A stretch of 64,000 nt of DNA from Fibrobacterales bacterium (GTDB lineage Bacteria; Fibrobacterota; Fibrobacteria; Fibrobacterales; JAOPTW01). The translations under genes were made by a program, and so were the position numbers. Positions within the stretch are counted from its first letter, which is position 1, and each line of letters begins with the position of its first letter. Location: positions 64,001 to 128,000 of the forward strand of contig JAOPTX010000007.1 of assembly GCA_051532055.1 (NCBI GenBank), given 5' to 3'. This document shows positions 11,017 through 20,745 of this stretch, piece by piece. The notes under the pieces were generated by a model. The model saw only the letters and a list, made by a program, of their open reading frames with translations, was not told where the DNA came from and ran no database searches.

Positions 11017-12483
11017 TTAAAACTTTTTGCGCATGCGAGCGGGTAAAATATTGAGCTGTTCTCTATACTTAGCAACCGTTCGTCGCGCAACTTCGATACC
11101 CTTGATTTTGAGAGCTTCGACAATTTTTTGATCACTCAAAGGTTTTTTAGGATCTTCATTTTCAATGGTGTCCTTGATCGACCCTTTAGTGCGTTCTGCA
11201 GAAACCTCCGATCCATCTTGCTGAGTCACACTCGAAGTAAAAAACTTTTTCAATTCAAATATTCCCATATCGGTCTGTACATATTTACCGTTAGTCACCC
11301 GATTCACCGTCGAAATGTGCATCTCAATTTTATCAGCGATATCCTGCAAAATCAGAGGTTTAAGAAACGAAGGCCCTTTAAAAAAGAAATCATGCTGCAC
11401 CTCGACAATTGCCTGAGTCACTTTGAGAATAGTTGATTTTCTTTGGTCAATACTCCGCATCAGCCAATTTGCAGAATTAAGCTTCTGTTTTACAAACTGC
11501 TTCTCTTCACCTTTAAGCTTGCTGCCCTTCTGAAGAATAGAGCTATAGGCTTTAGAAATACGCAAATTTGGTACACTTTTATCATTGAGGTATACCATCA
11601 GTTTCCCCTCAACATTTTCTACAGCCACATCAGGTATAACTGTTGCACTACCACCATCACCAATCGCTTGTCCCGGCTTTGGATTGAGTCGAGCAATGTC
11701 ACCGAGTGCTTTTTGAATTTCTGAAGTAGACGTATCATATTTTTTAGCTAGATTAGAGACCTGCAATTTTTGCAACATCCCATAGCTCTCTTCTAGTATT
11801 TTGACAGTAAATATTGAATCAAAAACCTCTTTGCGGGCCTGTAGCAACAAACATTCCTGCACTGAAGTTGCCCCAACTCCTGCCGGAGTAAAAGTTTGGA
11901 GCACATGAAATGCTTCACGTACATCATTGCTCACCTCATACAAACTCTTATCAGCGTTGATAACCGACTCTATCTCAGTATAAAACCTATTACTCGTGGT
12001 AGGTATCTCTTCGCCAGATTCACGGATGAGCAAACCATCAGCATTAAGGCTATATATCAGGTACTCAACTAAATCAGTTATCTCTGCAGAAAGTTTTCGG
12101 TCTTCGAGTTGTTCTATCAAATAATCTTCAAGATTTTTTGAATACACAATAGGGCGTTCATACTGTTCATCAGGATCGGGACGAGAGTCCATAGACTGCA
12201 TGCCATAATCAAAGCCATCGTTCAGATACTCATCCCAATCGATCTCCTCTTTGGCCTCTTGAATCTCATCAAGCTCTGTCTCTTTCGTCTCAGTAGCTTC
12301 TGGTTCTTTTACATCTTCGACTTCACTCTCAATTTCAAGTATGGGATTTACTTCCAACTCTTGTTGTACCATAAGTTCTAGCTCTTGTGAGGTCACCTGA
12401 AGCAACTTCAAAGATTGAATCATCTGAGGCGAAAGTCTCTGCTCCAGTTTCGCACTAATATTAAGCTGTAATCCTAAATCCAT
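11017..12483 (-). CDS. rpoN: RNA polymerase sigma-54 factor
   Basis: QMIQSLKLLQ region I, MHISTVNR HTH, RpoN box ARRTVAKYRE. Confidence 0.98.
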   Translation of the reverse strand: MDLGLQLNISAKLEQRLSPQMIQSLKLLQVTSQELELMVQQELEVNPILEIESEVEDVKEPEATETKETELDEIQEAKEEIDWDEYLNDGFDYGMQSMDSRPDPDEQYERPIVYSKNLEDYLIEQLEDRKLSAEITDLVEYLIYSLNADGLLIRESGEEIPTTSNRFYTEIESVINADKSLYEVSNDVREAFHVLQTFTPAGVGATSVQECLLLQARKEVFDSIFTVKILEESYGMLQKLQVSNLAKKYDTSTSEIQKALGDIARLNPKPGQAIGDGGSATVIPDVAVENVEGKLMVYLNDKSVPNLRISKAYSSILQKGSKLKGEEKQFVKQKLNSANWLMRSIDQRKSTILKVTQAIVEVQHDFFFKGPSFLKPLILQDIADKIEMHISTVNRVTNGKYVQTDMGIFELKKFFTSSVTQQDGSEVSAERTKGSIKDTIENEDPKKPLSDQKIVEALKIKGIEVARRTVAKYREQLNILPARMRKKF

Positions 12484-12492
12484 AGTTCTCTC

Positions 12493-13239
12493 TTATAGAC
12501 TAAATGATTGTCCAAGATAAATACGTTTCGCATCTTCATCATTTGCAAGGTGATCAGCAGTACCCTCAATAAGTACCCTTCCTTGAAACATTATATAAGC
12601 CCTATCTGTTATAGCCAATGTTTCTCTCACACTGTGATCAGTGATGAGAATCCCCATATTATCATTTTTTAACTTCGAAATGATAGATTGGATATCTTCA
12701 ACCGCAATAGGATCTATTCCAGCAAAAGGCTCATCCAACAACAAAAAATCGGGTTCTGACGCTAAAGCTCGCGCAATTTCGAGACGACGCCGTTCACCAC
12801 CAGAGAGCGAATAGGCTTTATTTTTACGCAGCCTAGTGATCTTAAAGTCTTCAAGTAAAAATTCGAGTCGTTCTTTCCGCTCTTTTTTATTCATCTTCAT
12901 AGTCTGTAAAATCGCCATGATATTATCTTCTACAGAGAGCTTTCGAAAAATCGATGCTTCTTGGGGAAGATACCCAAGCCCCAAACGGGCCCGTTTATAC
13001 ATTGGAATTTTGGTTACATCATGGTCATCAAGGTAGACCACACCCCCTGATGGCTTCACCATTCCCGCCATCATATAAAAACTGGTTGTTTTACCAGCGC
13101 CATTAGGTCCCAGTAGCCCTACGACTTCGCCTTGGGTTACTCGAATAGAGACCCCATCCACCACCTTACGATCACCATATACTTTTATAAGGTGCTCTGT
13201 GCGAATTGTTCTTCCTAAATTCTCTACCATATATTCCAA
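12493..13239 (-). CDS. lptB: LPS export ABC ATPase
   Basis: [46 protein letters not shown]; directly upstream of rpoN. Confidence 0.96.
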   Translation of the reverse strand: MEYMVENLGRTIRTEHLIKVYGDRKVVDGVSIRVTQGEVVGLLGPNGAGKTTSFYMMAGMVKPSGGVVYLDDHDVTKIPMYKRARLGLGYLPQEASIFRKLSVEDNIMAILQTMKMNKKERKERLEFLLEDFKITRLRKNKAYSLSGGERRRLEIARALASEPDFLLLDEPFAGIDPIAVEDIQSIISKLKNDNMGILITDHSVRETLAITDRAYIMFQGRVLIEGTADHLANDEDAKRIYLGQSFSL

Positions 13240-13266
13240 CTTTATATCAGACAGTAATGGACTGCC

Positions 13267-14442
13267 TTACTTAACTATTGAGTCCTTCACCTCTACCTCT
13301 GTATTCAGAGGGCTGGGTGTAATTGCACTCTCTTTTTTCTCACCAGAGTAAATTCCCTGAGACACATTACCTTTTAAGGTAAAACCACTTATTGCTCGAT
13401 TTTTAAAATTAAGCCAGATTGTGTCACCAACAGCATCATTCTTTCCTTCAAATTTCCCCTGGTCACTAAAATAGTGATATAGCGTACTCGCCTGTTCCCA
13501 GATTTTAATGGTATCAAGCATCCCTTGTTTCATAATCATCTTAAGGGAGTTGCCCTTCATTTTATTAATAAAATCAGGACGGTCATCTCTATAATTTTTA
13601 CTCTCGGCACTTCCAATTACTTCAAGGTTACTGATGAATGAATTTTGAAATTCAACAATCAATGAATCACCGACAATTTCAGAAATGTCATGGGCCCCGC
13701 CCCCACTCTTCTCTTTTTTTAAACCCTTTGCTCCTTGGACAACCTCAATACGTCGAATAGTATCCTTATCCATAAAGATTCTCATAAGAGAACCTTCAAT
13801 TTCAAATTGTTCAATAATTGCTTTTGGGGAACCTTTCAATATCAATTCACCCTTCTCAATATTGTAAATAGCAGTATCACAAGAAATTGACATCTTTTCT
13901 TGGGTAACCGTGACCCCATGAATGGCATGAGCCACTTGTAAAGAATCATTAAATTCAAGAAGTTCAGCCTTAATCTCAAGAGTATCGTCTTTACCCTCAT
14001 CACCAGGTATCAAGCGACGAATCATTGGATTTATTTTTACTTGAGTAAGCTTTTTATCTTGATAATAATCAAGTTCACCTCCATAGAGGAACAGTGATGA
14101 TGCAGAGTCTCGGGCAACAACATTTCCCTTTGCATTTACCCGATTGTCGGCTTTTTGATAGAATCCACTTTTCGCGGTGAGCTGCCCCTTAGGATGACGA
14201 AACCGAAAACCCCCATCACAATAGAGCGCATCTTTCTTACTATCCCAGGTTGCGGATTCAGTATAAAACTTGGCATCACCTCGCTTGAACCTAATTCCTC
14301 CTTCAAGGAAATAGCTCCCCGAACTACCAGAGCCTCGAAACTTATCTGCATGTTCCATAATCAAGGGTTCTACTGAAAAGCTCAATTCGCAGAAAACGAA
14401 GAGAATTAAAAAAGAGAATGTATACAAGTTAGCGCGTTCCAT
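13267..14442 (-). CDS. LptA/OstA-like beta-jellyroll protein (extended, multi-repeat)
   Basis: Signal peptide, repeated beta-rich segments (AKGNVVARD, AIHGVTVTQ), located between lptC and lptB. Confidence 0.75.
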   Translation of the reverse strand: MERANLYTFSFLILFVFCELSFSVEPLIMEHADKFRGSGSSGSYFLEGGIRFKRGDAKFYTESATWDSKKDALYCDGGFRFRHPKGQLTAKSGFYQKADNRVNAKGNVVARDSASSLFLYGGELDYYQDKKLTQVKINPMIRRLIPGDEGKDDTLEIKAELLEFNDSLQVAHAIHGVTVTQEKMSISCDTAIYNIEKGELILKGSPKAIIEQFEIEGSLMRIFMDKDTIRRIEVVQGAKGLKKEKSGGGAHDISEIVGDSLIVEFQNSFISNLEVIGSAESKNYRDDRPDFINKMKGNSLKMIMKQGMLDTIKIWEQASTLYHYFSDQGKFEGKNDAVGDTIWLNFKNRAISGFTLKGNVSQGIYSGEKKESAITPSPLNTEVEVKDSIVK

Positions 14443-14491
14443 AGGATTAAAATAAAAATTTTATGTTGAAAATACCTCAATTCACCATTAA

Positions 14492-14508
14492 TTGGTATGA
14501 ATTTTGCT
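14492..14508 (+). promoter_or_regulatory. Putative sigma54 -24/-12 site
   Basis: TTGGTATGAATTTTGCT with GG (14494-95), N10, GC (14506-07), in the gap between lptC and the lptA-like gene, antisense to the operon. Confidence 0.5.
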
Positions 14509-14539
14509 TATTTTAATCAAACAAAGTTCATTTTACAAA

Positions 14540-15130
14540 TTATTCCTCAGAAGCTCCAGAAACATCACTTGCCTCAATAGTTTCAATACCCTCATCTACA
14601 TTTTGCAAAATGGCAGTGACTCCTGATAAAATTCGCCAATCTTTTAGGTCAACATCAGAAATAAAGCCTGTCCCCGTTAGTACATCGCCATCTTCTGAAA
14701 TAACCCGAACCCGGCTATCTGTTGTTATACGATTTGAACGTTTATCCCACGTGAGGGAGTCAGCCTTAATAGAGGCCCCTTCTTGAGTTTTTAAAAATAC
14801 ATCACCTTTTGCCACAATAAAGGTGAGATTATTATCAATTGTACCCGAATCAGCTTGAACCACACCCGTTTCAACACCAAGAGAATCAAATATGACCACA
14901 TTTATTGGACGTGCAAATATTTTTTCATCACCACTCCACCGCTCGAGATACTTTGTACGTAAAACCCAGAGCAATTTATCCTTATCAAAATACTCCATAG
15001 TGGTGGTACTATCGAAAAGCATGCTGGGACGCGGTGTAATCGTTATTTTTTTCTCTTCATTAAGCTCTAATTTGCTGCACGAAATAGTCATTAACATGCT
15101 AAGAGCGACAAAAATCCACACAAAACTCAT
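14540..15130 (-). CDS. lptC: LPS export protein LptC
   Basis: ADSG...AKGDV...ADSLTWD...ITTDSRV..GTGFISD pattern. Start set at ATG 15130, preceded by an AAGGA RBS. Confidence 0.85.
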   Translation of the reverse strand: MSFVWIFVALSMLMTISCSKLELNEEKKITITPRPSMLFDSTTTMEYFDKDKLLWVLRTKYLERWSGDEKIFARPINVVIFDSLGVETGVVQADSGTIDNNLTFIVAKGDVFLKTQEGASIKADSLTWDKRSNRITTDSRVRVISEDGDVLTGTGFISDVDLKDWRILSGVTAILQNVDEGIETIEASDVSGASEE

Positions 15131-15272
15131 AATTATCCTTACAAAAGGGCACAAACCCCCATAGGAGCACATGAGTAAATGTAACAAATCAGTACATTTT
15201 GAGGTGTATTGACCATACTTTTACATTAGCTCACACCCCCTCAATTATTTTTTAAAAATTTTAAGTTTTTAC

Positions 15273-15300
15273 TCAAGATTCATTAAGGTCTGGTCGATAT
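15273..15300 (+). promoter_or_regulatory. Putative sigma28 (FliA/SigD)-type promoter
   Basis: TCAAGATT-N12-GTCGATAT, compared with the consensus TAAA-N15/16-GCCGATAA/T. Confidence 0.45.
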
Positions 15301-15306
15301 GATATG

Positions 15307-15434
15307 AGAAGGATTTGGTGTATTGTAAACGGACTAATTTCTTTCACATCATTTTTGGAGGACTCTTCCCCTTTGACTTCCGAATTTGATACTCTCCGAT
15401 CATAAGGCAAATATCCCTGATATTTGCCTTTTTT
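15307..15434 (+). ncRNA. Candidate ~130-nt sRNA
   Basis: Bounded by the sigma28-like promoter and a perfect 12-bp terminator hairpin with a T run. The 5' end is inferred. Confidence 0.4.
15404..15434 (+). terminator. Intrinsic terminator
   Basis: AAGGCAAATATC-CCT-GATATTTGCCTT followed by TTTT. Confidence 0.75.
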
Positions 15435-15483
15435 CTATCCCTTTTTTTTATAATTTGATCAAACACACTTGTGGATTAACTCT

Positions 15484-15786
15484 ATGGCCAACTCAATATT
15501 TGAGAAACTAAAAAATACAATCATTGAAGGTGCGACATTTTCGGCAGCCAAAGCAGAAGAAGCAGCACGTAAAGGGAAGCTTCACCTCGATATTCTCACT
15601 GAAAGGCGCAAATTAGCGGCCGCACTTGAGAATCTTGGTAAAAAAACTGTATCTGCTATTGAAGAGAATAACCTTGATTCTCTTAAAGAAAATGTTGATT
15701 GTATTTCTATTCTTGGTGAAATTAAAGTTTTACAAGATAAAATAACTGACCTCACTACTGTTCACGAAGAAGTAAAAAGCGAATAA
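15484..15786 (+). CDS. Hypothetical helical/coiled-coil protein
   Basis: ORF whose stop overlaps the next gene's start (TAATG). ATG 15484 preferred to the upstream TTG. Confidence 0.7.
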   Translation: MANSIFEKLKNTIIEGATFSAAKAEEAARKGKLHLDILTERRKLAAALENLGKKTVSAIEENNLDSLKENVDCISILGEIKVLQDKITDLTTVHEEVKSE

Positions 15787-16646
15787 TGAAAAAAATAGAC
15801 CTTGAGGTGTACCCTACAAACAATAGCAAAGAAAAATTTCAACCAAAATATTTTGAAATTACTGCAACACGTATTGGGGTCGTACTCACCCTCATAGCAC
15901 TTTCAGTCTCTGGATTTGTATTTTTTGACTACAATACAATCCATAACAACCTTTTTAGTCCACAACTTGAAGCTATTAAAGCCAATAATGCACGTCTTGA
16001 AGCAACACTTTCCGAGACAACAGAACAACTGAATACTGTAAAAAGAAATGTCTATTCTATAAAAAAAATAAATCAAAAGGTTACCACACTCGCAGGTAAA
16101 GACTCACTCACCACTCTCATAAATGGTGAAGGACTCGACTCTCTCGAACTCCCCAAACTCCATTATCAGATATTCAACTTGAAAGATTCTTACAACACAA
16201 CTGACTCTCTTTTCAAGAAAAATCCAAAATGGAGAGCTTCGATACCTGTCATTCACCCCCTTAAAAAAGATTTTTCAATCTCTAACTATTTTGCCAATAA
16301 TCTTGATCCATTTACCGGTAAACATATGCCTCATCTTGGTATTGATTATGTGAGCTCGCTTAAAGATATTGTTATTGCTACGGGAGGAGGTACAATCGCA
16401 GAATCTGATAAGAACGACCTCTTTGGCAATTATGTATTAATCCACCACTACGGTACCATCTATAGTTTTTATGCACATCTTGATCAGCGATCGGTGCGTC
16501 AAGGAAACCGAGTAAAACGAGGAGATGCTATTGGTCGCCTTGGAAACAGTGGGCGGTCATCAGGACCTCACCTTCATTATGAAATTAGAATTGGAAAAAA
16601 GCGTGTGAATCCACTTAACTATATCCTCTCTGAACTTCCTAATTAA
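15786..16646 (+). CDS. M23 family metallo-endopeptidase
   Basis: TM segment and coiled coil, then HLGID, YAHL and SSGPHLHYEI motifs. Confidence 0.92.
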   Translation: MKKIDLEVYPTNNSKEKFQPKYFEITATRIGVVLTLIALSVSGFVFFDYNTIHNNLFSPQLEAIKANNARLEATLSETTEQLNTVKRNVYSIKKINQKVTTLAGKDSLTTLINGEGLDSLELPKLHYQIFNLKDSYNTTDSLFKKNPKWRASIPVIHPLKKDFSISNYFANNLDPFTGKHMPHLGIDYVSSLKDIVIATGGGTIAESDKNDLFGNYVLIHHYGTIYSFYAHLDQRSVRQGNRVKRGDAIGRLGNSGRSSGPHLHYEIRIGKKRVNPLNYILSELPN

Positions 16647-18631
16647 TCAACATCATTCTTAAATAAAAATGATGCTCTATGAGTCCCTGTTTCAACAACA
16701 AAAAGTAAAATACCTGTTGGATTGCTCTGATTCATAACCGTATATTTTTCTGGTATACAATTAACTCCAACACATGTACTGAGACGCTCACCAAAAAGCG
16801 AGTAAATTGTTCCTCTTGAATGAGATGTAAACAATCCCATATGCGCTGTACCCCTCAAAGGGACACTGCTGTTGGCCTGCGAAGAATTCGGTAATACATC
16901 ACCTACCTGACTACTCATTATTTCACCCTGAGTAAGAGAACTCAGAGAGGCCGCAGAAGAAATACTAGCATAAGATGATTCATAAGCACGACTTACCTGA
17001 ACAGCTCCACTACTCTCATCGATAATATTAACATCTTTAACTAGTGCACTGTCTGAACGAATATGGAGATACAGTGCACTCCATGATTCAAGAGAAACTC
17101 CGCTCACTCCATCAGGAATAGCATGTGCCCCATACGGAGCGATACTCGCATAGGGAACGGGTCCAAAAAGAGGGTCGCCTTCAACACCATTCACCGCAAT
17201 CACTGGAGACTCAGGGTCATTACCAGGAGCAGTTACCTCATACCAATACCAATAGTGAGATTCTGACGCCTCTTCTATTTTGGGTGAGAAGGTATAGACT
17301 TCATCAGAAGGATTCACCACAACAATTCCATATGAACCATCTTCAAATTGAGTACCATACATAGAAAGGTTACTCTCCTGACTTTGAGAAAGCTCAACCA
17401 TATGATCTCCAAAAAACCGATTTGTAAGATAATAAGCATAAAATGTAGGATGAGGTGTAAAGTCTTCTACGAGCGGATCTTTCCGCGAAAACATCCCGTG
17501 ATCCCCTTTTATCGAATCCCAACCATTTGCAATATCCCAAAGGTTCACCAATCCATACCCATGGGTGGCATATTCACCTAATGCCTGCGCAATGAGTAAT
17601 CCAGAGATATGTGCTTCATTTTTCTTACCTGCGCGTACATTATACTCCGTCATTGCTATGGGGAAATGATCTGCTGGTTTATCAGTATACTTTTCAACCA
17701 TGGTTTGTACCTGCGCAATATCTTCTCCGATCAGTTTCATGCTCGAGACCATCTCACTTACTGAAACATCATTATAATCAGCAGCCCAAGTAAAATACTC
17801 GTGTATAATAAGATAATCGGCGTACTCTTCTACTTCGGGAAGTACTCCCGCATTCCACATCAGAGTACCCGCCCCACTTTTATCTTCATTGTAGAGCACT
17901 GCTCCAATTTTAATAGAGGGGTCAGCCGCTTTCATTGAATCAACAAATACCCTGAAATCTTCGCCATACTCTTTCCCTGTAATGGTATCACCCGCAACAA
18001 CATATCCCATCTGCCAACTACCATAATTTTCATTACCTATTTCCCAATACCTTACCCCAGCTTTAAGAGTATCATTCACATGCCGTACCCACTCTGCAGC
18101 ATAATGAGCGGCCTCGGCAACAGGATCGACACTTGCACCATAACGCGCATATCCATAATTGACACAAATCTGTGCCTCTGCACCAATATTTTGAGCCATA
18201 GTTATCATCGCATCTGAAGAAAGAACCCAACTAGACCCATCACCTGCAAACGCTTGAAGTTCTGGTATGGTCTCCTCTATCAAATCACTGGGGATTACCC
18301 CATCCCAAAACCAGTTATTACTCCAATTACCCCCAGGCATTCTAAGAAATGTGATTCCCGCATCGCTCAGACGTTGTTGTGCGACAGAATCATCGACCCA
18401 CTTCTGCTTAATCCAACCATTAGTATTGTTGCCAAAAAGAGTCGGGAGAATTTTGCCAATGGTATCACTACCCAATGTAGCCACAACTGAATTATTCGAC
18501 TGAACAAGAGCTTTTGATTGATTAGAATAAAAGGTAGGCGAATGACGCTTCTTAAAGGTTTGATCAAAAAAACCGATATTTGCATCACCTATTACAACAA
18601 ACAGCAGCACACCAATGACAACTCGATTCAT
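16643..18631 (-). CDS. Secreted clan GH-A glycoside hydrolase (GH51/arabinofuranosidase-like), Ser-rich linker and C-terminal tail
   Basis: LRMPGGNWSN, YWEIGNENYG (acid/base), AMTEYN (nucleophile); tail IYSLFGER...GILLF. Confidence 0.75.
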   Translation of the reverse strand: MNRVVIGVLLFVVIGDANIGFFDQTFKKRHSPTFYSNQSKALVQSNNSVVATLGSDTIGKILPTLFGNNTNGWIKQKWVDDSVAQQRLSDAGITFLRMPGGNWSNNWFWDGVIPSDLIEETIPELQAFAGDGSSWVLSSDAMITMAQNIGAEAQICVNYGYARYGASVDPVAEAAHYAAEWVRHVNDTLKAGVRYWEIGNENYGSWQMGYVVAGDTITGKEYGEDFRVFVDSMKAADPSIKIGAVLYNEDKSGAGTLMWNAGVLPEVEEYADYLIIHEYFTWAADYNDVSVSEMVSSMKLIGEDIAQVQTMVEKYTDKPADHFPIAMTEYNVRAGKKNEAHISGLLIAQALGEYATHGYGLVNLWDIANGWDSIKGDHGMFSRKDPLVEDFTPHPTFYAYYLTNRFFGDHMVELSQSQESNLSMYGTQFEDGSYGIVVVNPSDEVYTFSPKIEEASESHYWYWYEVTAPGNDPESPVIAVNGVEGDPLFGPVPYASIAPYGAHAIPDGVSGVSLESWSALYLHIRSDSALVKDVNIIDESSGAVQVSRAYESSYASISSAASLSSLTQGEIMSSQVGDVLPNSSQANSSVPLRGTAHMGLFTSHSRGTIYSLFGERLSTCVGVNCIPEKYTVMNQSNPTGILLFVVETGTHRASFLFKNDVD

Positions 18632-18694
18632 ACAATCTCCCTCTTAATACACCATTAGTCGTGTAAAGGTGAGATTGGTTCACTCTCAATTAAT

Positions 18695-19057
18695 CTATGG
18701 TAAAAACGAGCGAACTTTACTCAAAAACTCTTTTCTAAAGAATGGCTTTGATATATACCCATCCATACCTTGGGAAAGAATTTTCTCTTTATCACCTTTC
18801 ATTGCAAAGGCAGTAAGAGCGACGATTTTGATATGGTCAGTCTCAGGGTCTTCCTTGAGAAGCCGGGCCGCTGTAAGTCCATCCATTTTTGGGAGCTGTA
18901 AATCCATAAGAACTAGGTCAGGCTTCTCCTTTTTGGCTATTTGAATGCCGATAGGAGCTTCTTCTGCACCAAACACTTCATGTTTTTCCATTTCTAAAAT
19001 AAGGCGTGCCAATGCGAGATTATCTTGATTATCTTCTATGATTAAAATTTTTGCCAT
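18695..19057 (-). CDS. Single-domain response regulator (DivK/CheY-like)
   Basis: IIEDN, LMDLQLP, ALTA, ISKP. Confidence 0.93.
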   Translation of the reverse strand: MAKILIIEDNQDNLALARLILEMEKHEVFGAEEAPIGIQIAKKEKPDLVLMDLQLPKMDGLTAARLLKEDPETDHIKIVALTAFAMKGDKEKILSQGMDGYISKPFFRKEFLSKVRSFLP

Positions 19058-19088
19058 AGTGTAGGATTATTACCTTGGTATAACGATA

Positions 19089-19451
19089 CTATTGCAGTAT
19101 CCCCTCAACTGTTTTTAAAAACTCTTTATAGCGAATTGGTTTCGCAACATACCCATCACACCCACAGTTTAGGGTCTTTTCCATATCCCCTTGCACTGCA
19201 TAAGCGGTAATTGCGACAATTTTAATATGACTCGTTTTAGGGTCATTTTTCAAAATTTGAGTTGCCTCTTTGCCACTCATTTCGGGAAGCTGAATATCCA
19301 TTAGGATAAGATCAGGCTGTTCATCTTGTGCTAAAATAATACCCTGTTCTGCATAGGTAGCTTGACGCACTTCATAACCACTTTTAGACAAAATCAGCGT
19401 AACCATTTTCATGTTATGCGGATTATCTTCAATGACTAATATTTTTTTCAT
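19089..19451 (-). CDS. Single-domain response regulator (DivK/CheY-like)
   Basis: VIEDN, LMDIQLP, AITA, VAKP. Confidence 0.93.
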   Translation of the reverse strand: MKKILVIEDNPHNMKMVTLILSKSGYEVRQATYAEQGIILAQDEQPDLILMDIQLPEMSGKEATQILKNDPKTSHIKIVAITAYAVQGDMEKTLNCGCDGYVAKPIRYKEFLKTVEGILQ

Positions 19452-19647
19452 ATGCGCTCAATCACAAGTGGGGCGGGTACCCAAACAGTGTACTATATTA
19501 TTGTATATTTAACAATACTATAGAGATAAATCCCCATTTTTTAACACCTCGTTCATTTTCTGCTCTCAAAAAGGTATGTAACGGGCTAAAAGGATGACAT
19601 ATCGCCTAGGGTGAATACTAAAAACTATAGAACTCATTGGATGCAAT

Positions 19648-19680
19648 AAAAAAAGCACAAGGAGTTCACCTTGTGCTTTT
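19648..19680 (-). terminator. Intrinsic terminator after the trmH-type gene
   Basis: AAAAGCACAAGG-AGTTCA-CCTTGTGCTTTT, with an A run on + that reads as a T tail on -. Confidence 0.8.
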
Positions 19681-19714
19681 GCCCATTATTATTTTCAATA
19701 TTCTTAAATCGTAA

Positions 19715-20737
19715 TTACTTACTTCTCATTTCAAAAAGCTGGGCAGCAACAATACCATGTGCTACCGCTACATTGAGAGATTCAAGCTCGTTCGCCATTG
19801 GAATTTTAACTATCTGATCAGCCATATCCATATAACGTGAATCAGCTCCAGAACCCTCATTTCCTACTAAAAAAGCCACTTTCTTCCGGAGCTTTGCCGT
19901 CGCCAAAGTATTTTTAGCATGGGGTGAAGTTGCGATGATCGTAAACCCTTTACTTCTGAGAAATGAGATTCTTTCCGCAAGGTCTACACGACTCTCAAAA
20001 GGAAGCCGGAGAAATGTCCCTGAAGAGCCTCGTACAACTTTTGAATTAAAGGCATCAACAGTGCCTTTACCCATAATAATCGAATCCATACCAAAGCCAA
20101 GAGAAGTACGGAAAATCCCCCCCAAATTACCTGGATCTTGAACTGCATCAACGAGTGTTACTAAGCGCGCTGAATCATAATTCGGTTTTAGCACCGACAT
20201 GTAGCAGATTGCAAGTATACCCTGAGTCGTTTGAGTTCCACAGATATATTCAAAGTCACTTCGTGAAAATGGTTCCGCCTCAAATCCTTTTGACTCACAA
20301 AAAGCGAGAAGGTCATTATCATCAAACCCTTCCATCACTTTAACACTCTGCACCATTGCCGACGAATGACGCACAACTTCTTCTACACAAGTCGCTCCTT
20401 CAACTATAAAGCGACTCTCTTTTTGACGCCCTTTGTCCGAGTGGAGTGAACGAAGTGTTTTAAGCCACGCTGGAGCTTCAGCTTTACCACCTTTAGTCTC
20501 ATCTGATGATGCTTTAGAGACATCTTTAGAAAACCTTGGTTTCGGTGATGTGTACATGTCTGCACGGGGACCATCTTTACGAGGGCGAGGCTTTTTGTCG
20601 GCTCTGCCACCTTCTCGTTTTTTATCTCCGCGATCGGGACGCTCTTCTTTTTTATGCTCTGGCTCTTCACTTCTTCTCGAAAAGGGTGATACGCGCTCGC
20701 TATCGAATTTACCTTTGATTTTTCTCTGTTCGTCCAT
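19715..20737 (-). CDS. TrmH/SpoU-family RNA 2'-O-methyltransferase with a charged N-terminal extension
   Basis: VQDPGNLGGIFRT, VGNEGSG, IPM...ESLNVAVA. Confidence 0.92.
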   Translation of the reverse strand: MDEQRKIKGKFDSERVSPFSRRSEEPEHKKEERPDRGDKKREGGRADKKPRPRKDGPRADMYTSPKPRFSKDVSKASSDETKGGKAEAPAWLKTLRSLHSDKGRQKESRFIVEGATCVEEVVRHSSAMVQSVKVMEGFDDNDLLAFCESKGFEAEPFSRSDFEYICGTQTTQGILAICYMSVLKPNYDSARLVTLVDAVQDPGNLGGIFRTSLGFGMDSIIMGKGTVDAFNSKVVRGSSGTFLRLPFESRVDLAERISFLRSKGFTIIATSPHAKNTLATAKLRKKVAFLVGNEGSGADSRYMDMADQIVKIPMANELESLNVAVAHGIVAAQLFEMRSK

Positions 20738-20745
20738 ATATTCCT

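Noticed and set aside
15304..15405. 33-aa ORF MRRIWCIV...LRS ending at the terminator
   Set aside because: No RBS, and the ATG lies at or before the inferred sigma28 start site. Kept only as an alternative to the sRNA reading.
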